Source: Candidatus Fervidifonticultor sextus (GTDB taxonomy: Bacteria; Sysuimicrobiota; Sysuimicrobiia; Sysuimicrobiales; Humicultoraceae). From it: DNA of 64,000 bases. This document shows positions 9,241 through 18,312 of this stretch, one piece after another. The stretch lies in the NCBI GenBank assembly GCA_031459875.1, contig JAVKHQ010000004.1:66609-130608 (forward strand), in the 5' to 3' direction. Numbering within the stretch: the first letter of the stretch is position 1; every line of letters starts with the position of its first letter. The translations under genes were made by a program, and so were the position numbers. Below the pieces are notes generated by a model. The model made no database searches. It worked only from the letters and a program-made list of their open reading frames with translations, and was not told where the DNA came from.

Positions 9241-10986
9241 GTGAAACGCACCTTCCGCACCCTCGACGAGACGTACCGGCTCCTCGCCGTCGCGCGCGGG
9301 GAGGCCCCGCCCGACCTGCTGATCGCCGGCGGTGAGGTCCTCAACGTGTATTCCGGCGAGGTCTATCCCGCCGTGGTGGCGACCTCCGGCGGGCGGATCG
9401 CCTACGTGGGCACCCACCCGATCCCCCCCGGACCCGCCACGACGGTGATCGACGCGCGCGGCCGCCTCGCGGTACCTGGCTACATCGACCCGCACGCGCA
9501 TCCCATGGCACTGGTCACCCCGGTGGCGTTCGCGCGCGCCGTGCTGCCGCGCGGAACCACGGCCGTGGTGGCCGACACGCTGCTGCTGCTCGGCCTCTTG
9601 GCTCCGGAGCGCGTGCGCCAGGTCGTGGCGGCGCTGGCCGCGCTGCCCTGCCGGTTCTTCTGGTTCCTGCGGCTGCACGCCCAGACCCACGATCCCGAAG
9701 ACTCCCTCGTGACCGACGAGCGCCTGGGGGACCTGCTGGCCCTCGACGACGTGCGCGCAGTCGGCGAGCTCACGCGGTGGCCGCAGGTCTACGCGGGCGA
9801 TCCCGCGCTGCTGACCCGCATGAGCCGCGGGCTGGCCGCCGGCCGCCGCGTGGAGGGTCACGCGCCCGGCGTCTCGGGGGATCGGCTCCAGGTGCTGGCC
9901 GCCGCCGGGATCTCCTCCGACCACGAGGCGATCTCCGCGGACCAGGCGCTCGACCGCCTGCGGGCCGGACTCTACGTCATGCTGCGCCACGGCTCGCTGC
10001 GCGCCGACCTGCCCGCGCTGGCGGCCGCCACCACCCTCCGCGCCTCCTCCGGCCGCCTCATGCTGACCCCTGATGGCCCTGATCCGGTCTTCATCCACTC
10101 GAAGGGCTATATGGACCACCTGGTGGATCTCGCCATCCGCCTGGGCATCGAACCTGCGGCGGCCTACCAGATGGCGACGGTCAACCCGGCGACCTACTAC
10201 AGCCTGGATGAGGAGCTGGGCGGCCTGGCACCGGGTCGGCGCGCTGACATCCTGCTGTTGGAAGGGATCGCCCGCCCCCAGCCCCAGACCGTCGTCGCCG
10301 GTGGCCAGGTGGTCGCGGCAGACGGCCGTCTGGTGGCCGACGTGCCGGACCTGCCCTGGGAGGCATGGGTGCGCCCCTACACCCCCGGACCGTGGCGCCC
10401 CGACCCCTCGGTGTTCGCGCTGGACGGGATGCCGTCGCCGGCCCCGGCCATGCACCTGGAGAACGCGGTGATCGCCAGCCGCAGGGACGTCGCCCTCGAC
10501 AGGGAGCCGCCGCCCGGCGTGTTGCGGCTGATCCTCCTGGATCCGGCGGGCCGCTGGCGGTGCCGGGCGTTGCTCTCGGGGTTCGCCGATGATCTGGGCG
10601 GCCTGGCCTCCACGTGGACGACGGGGGCCGGGATGTACGTCATCGGGCGCCGCCCTCGGGACATGGCCGCAGCCGCCTCGCGCGTCCTGGACCTGGGCGG
10701 CGGCATCGTCTGGGCCGAGGACGGCCTCGTGCGGTTCGAACTGCCGCTGCCGCTGGGCGGAAAGATGTCCCCGGACTCCGTCGTTGATGTGGCCGCGGCC
10801 GTCGAGACGCTGACCGCTCTCCTGCGTGCGAGAGGGTACCGGCACCAGGACCTGACCTACACGCTGCTGTTCCTGGGATTCGACTCGCTGCCGTACCTGC
10901 GCCTGACCTACCGGGGGGTGTGGGACGTCCTGGCGGGGCAGGTGCTCCTGCCCCGCGAAGTGCTCGCTGGGGACGCGAAGAGGTGA
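9241..10986 (+). CDS. Adenine deaminase-like amidohydrolase (YerA-type)
   Basis: PGYIDPHAHP, GHAPG, SDHEA, YQMATVNPA, GGLAPGRRADI and C-terminal LPLPLGG. Confidence 0.88.
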   Translation: MKRTFRTLDETYRLLAVARGEAPPDLLIAGGEVLNVYSGEVYPAVVATSGGRIAYVGTHPIPPGPATTVIDARGRLAVPGYIDPHAHPMALVTPVAFARAVLPRGTTAVVADTLLLLGLLAPERVRQVVAALAALPCRFFWFLRLHAQTHDPEDSLVTDERLGDLLALDDVRAVGELTRWPQVYAGDPALLTRMSRGLAAGRRVEGHAPGVSGDRLQVLAAAGISSDHEAISADQALDRLRAGLYVMLRHGSLRADLPALAAATTLRASSGRLMLTPDGPDPVFIHSKGYMDHLVDLAIRLGIEPAAAYQMATVNPATYYSLDEELGGLAPGRRADILLLEGIARPQPQTVVAGGQVVAADGRLVADVPDLPWEAWVRPYTPGPWRPDPSVFALDGMPSPAPAMHLENAVIASRRDVALDREPPPGVLRLILLDPAGRWRCRALLSGFADDLGGLASTWTTGAGMYVIGRRPRDMAAAASRVLDLGGGIVWAEDGLVRFELPLPLGGKMSPDSVVDVAAAVETLTALLRARGYRHQDLTYTLLFLGFDSLPYLRLTYRGVWDVLAGQVLLPREVLAGDAKR

Positions 10987-10992
10987 GGGAGA

Positions 10993-11436
10993 GTGAAGAC
11001 GCAGATCACCTGGACTCCACCGATGCGGTTCGACGGCACCGCCGAGAGCGGCGGGACGCTGGTCATGGACGCCAGACCCGAGCACGGCGGCAGCGGCGCC
11101 GGCCCGTCCCCGATGGAGACGGTCCTGATGGCCATGGCGGGATGCACCGGCATGGACGTGGTCAGCATCCTCCAGAAGATGCGCGCGCCGCTGAAACATC
11201 TGACGATCACGGTCGACGGTGAGCGGGCTGCCGAGCACCCGAAGGTGTTCACGAACATCCACATCCGCTACGAGGCCTCCGGAGCGGGGTTGACACGCGA
11301 GCAGGTGGAACGGGCCGTGACGCTGTCGCTGGAGAAGTACTGCTCGGTGACGGCCATGCTGCGCCAGACCGCCGAGATCACCCACGAGATCGTGCTCCCG
11401 GCGGACGTGCCGGCCCGCTCGCACCCCGGCGTCTGA
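10993..11436 (+). CDS. OsmC family protein
   Basis: GPSPME, AGCTGMDVVSIL, SLEKYCSV. Confidence 0.93.
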   Translation: MKTQITWTPPMRFDGTAESGGTLVMDARPEHGGSGAGPSPMETVLMAMAGCTGMDVVSILQKMRAPLKHLTITVDGERAAEHPKVFTNIHIRYEASGAGLTREQVERAVTLSLEKYCSVTAMLRQTAEITHEIVLPADVPARSHPGV

Positions 11437-12577
11437 TGCCCGCGATCCCCACGACCGCACGACCCGACATCCGGCGGACGAGCCGCCGCAGGGCGCCGGC
11501 ATAGGTCTGGTCGCCGCGCACGATGCGGCAGGCCAGCCCCCAGGCGCGCGGGGTCTGGCGGATGAGGCCCACGACGATCCACGGCGCCAGGTGCATGACC
11601 GCGTGGACCCGGCCGGCGATGCGCAGGTCGGGCAGGAGGCTCTTGGCGATCTCGGCCTCATATCCGTTCAGGTCCGACACCTGGCCGCTCAGATACGCCG
11701 CCAGGTGGGTGGCGGCGGCGCGGCCGCTCCAGATCGCCGGGTAGATGCCGTCGCCGGTGAGGGGTTCCAGCAGACCGGCCGCATCTCCAACCAGCACGAC
11801 GGGCCCGTCACGAAGCGGTGCCTCCGGCGCCCGGATCGGCAGGTGATATCCCCGCAAGCCCCGCAGGCCGGCGGGATCGAAGCCACAGAAGCGAACCAGT
11901 TGCTCCAGGCGGCCGCGCAGCCCTGCCGCGTCCGGCCGCCAGCCGCCGACCCCAATATTGAGGTGGTCGCCCTTCGGGAAGATCCATCCATAGCCGCCCG
12001 GCGGGGCACCGACGTCCAGCCCGAAGAGGTCCTCCCACTCGCGCGGGATGCCCCCGCGTGGCGTGAGGGTCGCCTCCAGGGCCACCGCCAGGCGTCGCTT
12101 CACCACCACGCCGGCCATACGGGCGGTCTGCCCGTTGACCCCGTCGGCCACCACCAGCGTGCGGCCCTCGAAGGCCTCGCTCCCGGCCCGGACCACGAGG
12201 TGCGTCCCCTGCCGCTCGACCGTCCGGACCGGCGCGCGCTCGCGCAGCGTCACGCCCGCGCACAGGGCCTCCTCGACCAGGAAGCCATCCAGGCGGCTCC
12301 GCTGCGTGAGGTACGCGATCGGCTCGGGAGATCGGAGGTCGACCCACGGCGACCCACGCACGCTGACCCGTGCGCCGTAGATCACGCGCTCCACGACCGG
12401 TGTCAGCGCGAACGGGAGGTGGCGAGCCGCCCGCAGGGTGACCCCGCCGCCGCACGGCTTGTCGCGCGGGAAGGCGGCGCGGTCCAGCAGGATGACCGAC
12501 AGGCCGTGCAGGGCGCACTCGCGGGCTGCCGTGGCCCCCGCCGGACCGGCGCCGGCGACAACGACGTCATAGCGCAC
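11378..12577 (-). CDS. Geranylgeranyl reductase family FAD-dependent oxidoreductase
   Basis: GAGPAG, FPRDKPCGGG, GYGWIFPKG, VGDAAGL, TGDGI. Confidence 0.92.
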   Translation of the reverse strand: MRYDVVVAGAGPAGATAARECALHGLSVILLDRAAFPRDKPCGGGVTLRAARHLPFALTPVVERVIYGARVSVRGSPWVDLRSPEPIAYLTQRSRLDGFLVEEALCAGVTLRERAPVRTVERQGTHLVVRAGSEAFEGRTLVVADGVNGQTARMAGVVVKRRLAVALEATLTPRGGIPREWEDLFGLDVGAPPGGYGWIFPKGDHLNIGVGGWRPDAAGLRGRLEQLVRFCGFDPAGLRGLRGYHLPIRAPEAPLRDGPVVLVGDAAGLLEPLTGDGIYPAIWSGRAAATHLAAYLSGQVSDLNGYEAEIAKSLLPDLRIAGRVHAVMHLAPWIVVGLIRQTPRAWGLACRIVRGDQTYAGALRRLVRRMSGRAVVGIAGIRRRGASGPARPPGARSRG

Positions 12578-12782
12578 GCGGGGTCTCTTCGCGGCCTACG
12601 GCCCCTCTTCCCGTGAAGCGTGGGGGAGTGCTCAAGGTCGTCCCACCGATGCCTGGTCTGCATTGCTGCGCGCCGCCAGGGGGACTGCGTTGCCGGTCCG
12701 GCAGCACCTGGGCACACCACCACAGTCCGCGGGAGGGTCGGGGAATTTCAGCGGGTCCCGACGAAAGATGTCTGGGAAAGCA

Positions 12783-12858
12783 TGGTGCCGGGGGACGGAA
12801 TCGAACCGCCGACGCGCGGCTCTTCAGGCCGCCGCTCTACCAACTGAGCTACCCCGGC
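12783..12858 (-). tRNA. tRNA-Phe (GAA)
   Basis: GCCGGGG...TAGCTCAGTTGGTAGAGC; anticodon arm GCGGC-CTGAAGA-GCCGC; GGTTCGATTCC; CCA encoded. Extended -10 TGGTACACT upstream. Confidence 0.98.
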
Positions 12859-12976
12859 GAGGCAATACGGAGTGTACCAACCCCCTCGAGCAGGCGTCAA
12901 CACGTCACGCGGGGTCACGGGGCCCCTGGCGGCGGGAGGGGCCCACCCGGAGTTCCCTCCAGAGGGGAGGTTCGTG

Positions 12977-14029
12977 ATGCGCGTCACCATCGTCGGCGCC
13001 GGCGCCATCGGCGGCACGCTGGGCGCCTACCTGGCCCGGGCCGGCCACGAGATCACCTTCGTGGACGCCGCCGCCGACCACGTGGCCGCCATCAACGCCC
13101 GCGGCCTGACCATCGAGGCCCGGGAGGAGACGTTTGCCGTCCGGGCGCCGGCGCTGCGGCCGGACGAGGTCACCGGCCCGATGGGCACCGTCTTCCTGGC
13201 GGTCAAGACCATGCACACCGACGCGGCGGCCCGCCAGATCGCGCCCCACCTGGCCGGCGATGGCATGGTCGTGTCGATGCAGAACGGGTTCAACGAGGAG
13301 CGGATCGCCGCAGTCGTCGGGCGTGAGCGGACCATCGGCGCGTTCGTCAACTTCGGAGCCGACTACCTGGAGCCGGGACGCATCCTGTACGGCGGTGCGG
13401 GCGCCCTCTACATCGGTGAACTCGACGGCACCGTGACCGAGCGCGTGCGCGCCCTGGCCGACACCCTGCGCCTCGCCTTCCTGCCCACCACCCGGGCGAC
13501 GTCCAACATCTGGGGCTACCTCTGGGGCAAGCACGCCTACGGCGCCATGCTGACCGCCACGGCGCTGGTGGATGCGCCGATCGCGGAGGTCCTGGCCGAT
13601 CCGACGGCCCGCCCGGTCATCGCCAATCTGGCGGCGGAAGTGCTGGCGGTGGCGGCCGCCGAGGGCGTGCGGCCGGAGGGCTTCGACGGCTTCGAGCCGC
13701 AGGCCTTCGTGTTCCCTCCGCACCGCGACGCGGCCCGTATGGAGGCCAGCCTGGATGCCCTGGTGGCCTTCAACCGGAAGTCGCTCAAGGCCAAGAGCGG
13801 GATCTGGCGCGACCTGGCGGTGCGCAGGCGCAAGACGGAAGTCGAGTCTGTGGTGACCGAACTCCAGGCGCGGGCCGCCCGCCACGGCGTTCCGATCCCG
13901 TTGGTCGAGAACGTGGGCCGCATGATCCTGGAGATCGAGGCGGGCCGCCGTCAGATGTCCTGGGACAACGTCTGGGCCCTGGCCGACCTCAACGTCCGCA
14001 CGTACGGCGCGGGGACGCGGCATGGCTGA
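12977..14029 (+). CDS. Ketopantoate reductase (PanE/ApbA) family protein
   Basis: GAGAIGG, LAVKT, SMQNG, YLWGK, SGIWRDL...RKTEV. Confidence 0.88.
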   Translation: MRVTIVGAGAIGGTLGAYLARAGHEITFVDAAADHVAAINARGLTIEAREETFAVRAPALRPDEVTGPMGTVFLAVKTMHTDAAARQIAPHLAGDGMVVSMQNGFNEERIAAVVGRERTIGAFVNFGADYLEPGRILYGGAGALYIGELDGTVTERVRALADTLRLAFLPTTRATSNIWGYLWGKHAYGAMLTATALVDAPIAEVLADPTARPVIANLAAEVLAVAAAEGVRPEGFDGFEPQAFVFPPHRDAARMEASLDALVAFNRKSLKAKSGIWRDLAVRRRKTEVESVVTELQARAARHGVPIPLVENVGRMILEIEAGRRQMSWDNVWALADLNVRTYGAGTRHG

Positions 14030-15396
14030 CGCGCCATACGGTCAGGTCAGCGCCCGGCGGCTCATGGCCGACGACGCCGTCAGGTCCGGTCGGCGCGGCG
14101 AAGGAATGGGTGATGCAGGGAAAGGCCGGCGGTCGGTCACCGCTCCGCGCGGCGACCAGCGAGGCCGCCCCCGGAAGACTGATGAAGGCGTCGTGGAGGA
14201 TGAGGCGCGTGCTGCGATCGTCTCTGCGGTACGGGGCAGTCCGGCGCCCGACGACCTCTCCCGCCTCCCCCGGCTGCCCGTGGTAACGGTGGCCAGGGCC
14301 GAGGGCGACCGCCTGCGCGAGATGGCGCGCGCCGGCGGGCTTCGGCTGCGCATCACCGCGCAGGTCGACACCCGCTGGCGCAAGACACCGCTGCTGACCG
14401 GCGATCTCCCCGGCGCCGTGGAGGACACCTTCGTGCTCGTCTCGGGCCACCTGGACGCCTGGCACCGCGGCGCGATGGACAACGGTACGGCCAACGCCAC
14501 GATGCTGGAGGTCGCGCGCCTGATGGCGCGGGTGCGTCGCTACCGGGGCATCCGGTTCGCCTTCTGGTCCGGCCACTCGCACGGCCGGTACTCGGGCTCC
14601 GCCTGGTACGCGGACCACTTCTGGCATGACCTCCACACCCGGTGCGCCGTCCACATCAACGTGGACTCGACGGGCGGCCGGGGCTCGGTCATCAACCGGC
14701 ATGGCTGCGCCATGCCCGAGACGCGCAGGGTGGCCGACCGAGCAGCCGCCTGACTCGCCTGACGCGAGTCTGGACTTCAGCCTTCGCACCGGCGGGGCGA
14801 CCGGGGGGCTCGGGTGGTGGTGGCACACGCCCGAGGACCTGCCGGACAAGATCGATCCCGACGTCCTGGTGCGCGACTGCCGGATCTACCTGGGGATCGT
14901 GCACGCGTTCGCGACGGAGGCGATCCTCCCGCTCGACTACGGCGCCACCGCGCGCCGGTGGCAGGCCGCGCTGCGCGCGCTGCCCCGGGAGGTTGGCCGG
15001 CACGCGGACCTCAGGCCGGTGGTGGCGGAGGCCCAACGGCTGGTGGACGCCACCGGGACGCTGGAGCGGACCATCCGGCGGGTCCGGGCCGACCCGTCGC
15101 GGCGCGCCGTGCGGGCGGCCAACGCCGCGCTGCTCGCCATGGGGCGGGCGCTGATCCCCATCGGGCACACGCAGGCCGGCCCGTTCCACCCCGACCCGGC
15201 GCTGGAGCTGCCCGAGATGCCGGTGCTGGCCGCCGCCCGGGCGCTGGGCGGCGCCGCAGGCGACGAGGCCAGGCACCTGGCGGTGCGGGCCGTCCGGGAC
15301 CTCAACGCGGTGCGGGGCGCCCTCGCGCAGGCTGCAGACGCCGCGGAAGACGGCGCCCGGACGGTGCGTGGCGCCCTCAGCCGGTCACGCCGATAG
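14022..15396 (+). pseudogene. Disrupted M28 family peptidase (internal inversion plus frameshifting deletion)
   Basis: GHLDAW..GAMDNGT and FWSGHSHGRYSGS lie in one frame that stops at 14753. WWWHTPED and the C-terminus lie in another frame. An N-terminal piece reads on the opposite strand at about 14067-14215. Confidence 0.8.
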
Positions 15397-16330
15397 CGAA
15401 GAGCGGATCCCCCGGGTTGGTCGCCGGGGTCGTCACCACGAACAGGACCACGCCCGAGGCCGGGCTGGTGAGGCGTGCGAGGGTCTGCCCGTACCAGTCG
15501 CGGATCTCGCCGGCGGGCTCCCCCGACGCAACCTCCGCCCCGACCCGGAGGCGCGGGTAGAACAGCCCGGCGTACTCCGAGCGCACCCACACGAAGGAGG
15601 ACACCGCCACCGGGGCTTCGACGGCGTGGGGCTGCGCTGGGATCATCCCCAGCAGGCCCAGCACGTTGCGGATCCCGCGCAGGTGCAGGCCGACCATGAC
15701 CTCGTCCAGGACCCCCTGGCCGCCGGCCTCCGGCAGGATGGAGGGGATGCCGGCGGCGGCGGCGGCCGCGAACGCGGCGCCGGGGATCGATCCCGCGACG
15801 ACGTAGCGCAGCCCGAAGGCCTCAGCCATCGCCCGCGAGCGCGCCACCACCCGGGGGGCTGCCTCCCGGGAGTAGATCACGAAGGGCACCAGGGCCTCGT
15901 TGAGGTCGCCCCCGTGCAGGTCGACGTGGGCGTCGGCGCGCGAGATGGCCTCGGTGAAGAGCGCGTGCGCGATGCGTTCCGATGCGCTGCCGTCCGTGCT
16001 GCCCGGGAAGACCCGGTTGAGGTTCTTGCCGTCCAGCGGGCAGACGTAGATCGATCGGGCGGCAAAGGCCGGGGGGTTGGCCACCGGGACGACGACCACG
16101 GTCCCCCGCAGGGTGCGCGGATCGAGACCATTCGCCGTGCGGATGGCCGCTTCGATCCCGACGTACTCAGCGCCGTGCACCCCGGCCGTGATGCAGACGG
16201 TCGGGCCCGGTCCGCCGCCGCGCACCACGACCACCGGAAGGGCCGTCTCCAGCCCGGGCACCGGGATCCCGCCAGCGACCCGCTGACCGGGCCGCGCCAG
16301 TACCGTCCCTACGGCAAGACCTTCGTCCAC
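15377..16330 (-). CDS. Succinylglutamate desuccinylase/aspartoacylase family protein
   Basis: AGVHGAEY, NLNRVFPG, DLHGG, EAGG and a C-terminal lipoyl-like hairpin. Confidence 0.92.
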   Translation of the reverse strand: MDEGLAVGTVLARPGQRVAGGIPVPGLETALPVVVVRGGGPGPTVCITAGVHGAEYVGIEAAIRTANGLDPRTLRGTVVVVPVANPPAFAARSIYVCPLDGKNLNRVFPGSTDGSASERIAHALFTEAISRADAHVDLHGGDLNEALVPFVIYSREAAPRVVARSRAMAEAFGLRYVVAGSIPGAAFAAAAAAGIPSILPEAGGQGVLDEVMVGLHLRGIRNVLGLLGMIPAQPHAVEAPVAVSSFVWVRSEYAGLFYPRLRVGAEVASGEPAGEIRDWYGQTLARLTSPASGVVLFVVTTPATNPGDPLFAIGVTG

Positions 16331-16373
16331 GGGACCATCGAGCCCCCGTTCAGGGCAGGCGGCTCACCAGCGC

Positions 16374-17270
16374 CTACACCGTCATCTTCGGATCCAGGGC
16401 GTCCCGCAGCCCGTCGCCCAAGAGGTTGAACCCCAGGACGGCCAGCGCGATGGCCAGCCCGGGGAACGTGGCGATGTGCGGGGCGATGGTCAGGAAGTCC
16501 CGCCCCGTGCTGACCATCAGCCCCCACGACGGCGTGGGCGGCTGGACGCCGAGCCCCAGGAACGAGAGGGCCGCCTCCAGCAGGATGGCGCTGGCCATGT
16601 AGAGGGCCGAGTAGACCACCAGGACCGAGATGCAGTTGGGCAGGATGTGGCGGACGACGATGCGGGCCGCACCCGCGCCGATCGCCCGCGCCGCCAGCAC
16701 GTACTCCTGCTCCTTGATGGCCAGCACCGACCCGCGGACCACCCGGGCGAACCCCGGCGTGGCCCAGATCCCCACGGCCAGGATGGTGTTCTGGAGCCCC
16801 GGCCCCAGCGCGCTCACGATGGCGATGGCCAGCAGCAGGTAGGGGAAGGCCAGCAGGACATCGAGCCCCCGCATGATCACCTCGTCTGCGACCCCGCCGA
16901 CGAACCCCGCCGTCGTGCCCAGGACCGTCCCGAGCAGCAGCGCGATCAGGACCGACACCAGCCCGACGGCCAGGGCCACCCGGCTGCCGTAGATCAGCCG
17001 GCTGGCGATGTCGCGTCCGAACTCGTCGGCACCCAACCAGTACCTGGCGCCGGGCGGCATCCGCTTGTCCTCCAGCACCTGGCGGGCCGGGTCGGCCGGC
17101 GCGAGATGAGGGGCGAAGACCGCCGCAAGCACCAGCAGGGCGACGACCACAAGGCCGATCAGGGCCAGGCGGTTGCGCCGGAACCGCTTCCACATGGCGG
17201 CCCCGGCGGAGCGGTAGACCTCCGGCCGACGGGGGACATCCTTCTCGAACGACTGGACCCGATCGGCCAT
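16374..17270 (-). CDS. Peptide ABC transporter permease (DppC/OppC family)
   Basis: LGADEFGRD, EYVLAARAIG, EAALSFLGLG...PSWG. Confidence 0.95.
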   Translation of the reverse strand: MADRVQSFEKDVPRRPEVYRSAGAAMWKRFRRNRLALIGLVVVALLVLAAVFAPHLAPADPARQVLEDKRMPPGARYWLGADEFGRDIASRLIYGSRVALAVGLVSVLIALLLGTVLGTTAGFVGGVADEVIMRGLDVLLAFPYLLLAIAIVSALGPGLQNTILAVGIWATPGFARVVRGSVLAIKEQEYVLAARAIGAGAARIVVRHILPNCISVLVVYSALYMASAILLEAALSFLGLGVQPPTPSWGLMVSTGRDFLTIAPHIATFPGLAIALAVLGFNLLGDGLRDALDPKMTV

Positions 17271-17284
17271 CCTCGTCCGCCCGC

Positions 17285-18205
17285 TCAGCGATAGGTGATG
17301 CGCGGGTCCAGCATGGCGTACGAGAGGTCCACCAGCAGGTTGATCACCACGAAGGTGACGGCCAGAATCAGCACCCCGCCCTGCAGCAGCACGTAGTCGC
17401 GCGCGAAGATGGCCCGCACCAGCATGCGGCCGATCCCCGGCCAGGCGAACACCGTCTCCGTGAGGACGGCGCCGCCCAGCAGCTGTCCCGTCTGCAACCC
17501 CAGCACGGTCACCACGGGGATCAGCGCGTTGCGCAACGCGTGGGTGGTCAGCACGCCGCGGACGCCCACGCCCTTGGCCCGCGCCGTCCGGATGTAGTCC
17601 TCGCGCAGGACCTCCAGCATCGTCGAGCGCGTCATGCGGGCCAGCATGGCAATCGTCGGGGTCGCCAGGGTGACGGACGGGAGCACCAGGTGGGCCCAAC
17701 CTCCCCGACCGCCGGCAGGGAACCATCCCAGGTGCAGGCTGAACACCACGATGAGCACGATCCCGGTCCAGAAGATGGGCATGGAGAGGCCGAACAGCGA
17801 GAGGACCCGCACCAGGTTGTCAAGCAGCGAGTGGGGCCAGCGGGCGGAGAGGATCCCCAGGGGGATGCCCGCCGCGATGGCGATCCCCAGCGCGGCTAGC
17901 CCGAGTTGCGCCGTGGCAGGCCAGACGTCGGCCACCTCCTCATTGACCCGACGCCCCTCCCGGATGGACCGGCCCAGGTCGCCCTGGAGCAGGCGGCCGA
18001 GGTAACGCGCGTAGCGGACCGGCAGCGGCTGGTCGAGGTCCAGCGAGGCGCGGAGCCTGGCGATCATCTCCGGCGTCGCACCCTCGCCGAGCATCAGGGC
18101 GGCGGGATCGCCGGGGATCAGGTCGATGGTCACCATAATCAGCAGGATCACGCCCAGCAGGACGGGGACCATCACCAGGAGCCGACGGACGAGGTAGCGC
18201 GGCAT
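17285..18205 (-). CDS. Peptide ABC transporter permease (DppB/OppB family)
   Basis: PGDPA, GDLGRS, DYIRTARAKG, ETVFAWPGIG, LDPRI. Confidence 0.95.
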   Translation of the reverse strand: MPRYLVRRLLVMVPVLLGVILLIMVTIDLIPGDPAALMLGEGATPEMIARLRASLDLDQPLPVRYARYLGRLLQGDLGRSIREGRRVNEEVADVWPATAQLGLAALGIAIAAGIPLGILSARWPHSLLDNLVRVLSLFGLSMPIFWTGIVLIVVFSLHLGWFPAGGRGGWAHLVLPSVTLATPTIAMLARMTRSTMLEVLREDYIRTARAKGVGVRGVLTTHALRNALIPVVTVLGLQTGQLLGGAVLTETVFAWPGIGRMLVRAIFARDYVLLQGGVLILAVTFVVINLLVDLSYAMLDPRITYR

Positions 18206-18253
18206 CGCCTACCGGGACGGGGCAGGGACGAATCGCTTCCGTGGCGTGGGAGT

Positions 18254-18282
18254 GGGACCGGGTCGTGCACCGACCCGGTCCC
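18254..18282 (-). terminator. Intercistronic hairpin after the substrate-binding protein gene
   Basis: GGGACCGGGTCG-tgcac-CGACCCGGTCCC, a 12-bp stem. No U-tract, so it may be an mRNA-stabilising element rather than a terminator. Confidence 0.55.
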
Positions 18283-18312
18283 GCCTGATGCGGCGCCCTC
18301 CGAGGATGCCGG

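Noticed and set aside
3039..11661. Very long alternative ORFs (e.g. 3039..6182, 8371..11661, also 60203..63238 5' part)
   Set aside because: These are shadow frames of high-GC genes: Arg/Gly/Pro-rich and overlapping well-supported genes.
12578..12782. Structured ncRNA or att site after tRNA-Phe
   Set aside because: Only short GC-rich hairpins, expected at this GC content; no recognisable motif.
14740..14765. Selenocysteine read-through or programmed frameshift at TGA 14751-14753
   Set aside because: The protein continues in a different frame with sequence apparently missing, there is no slippery site, and the gene has a second lesion.
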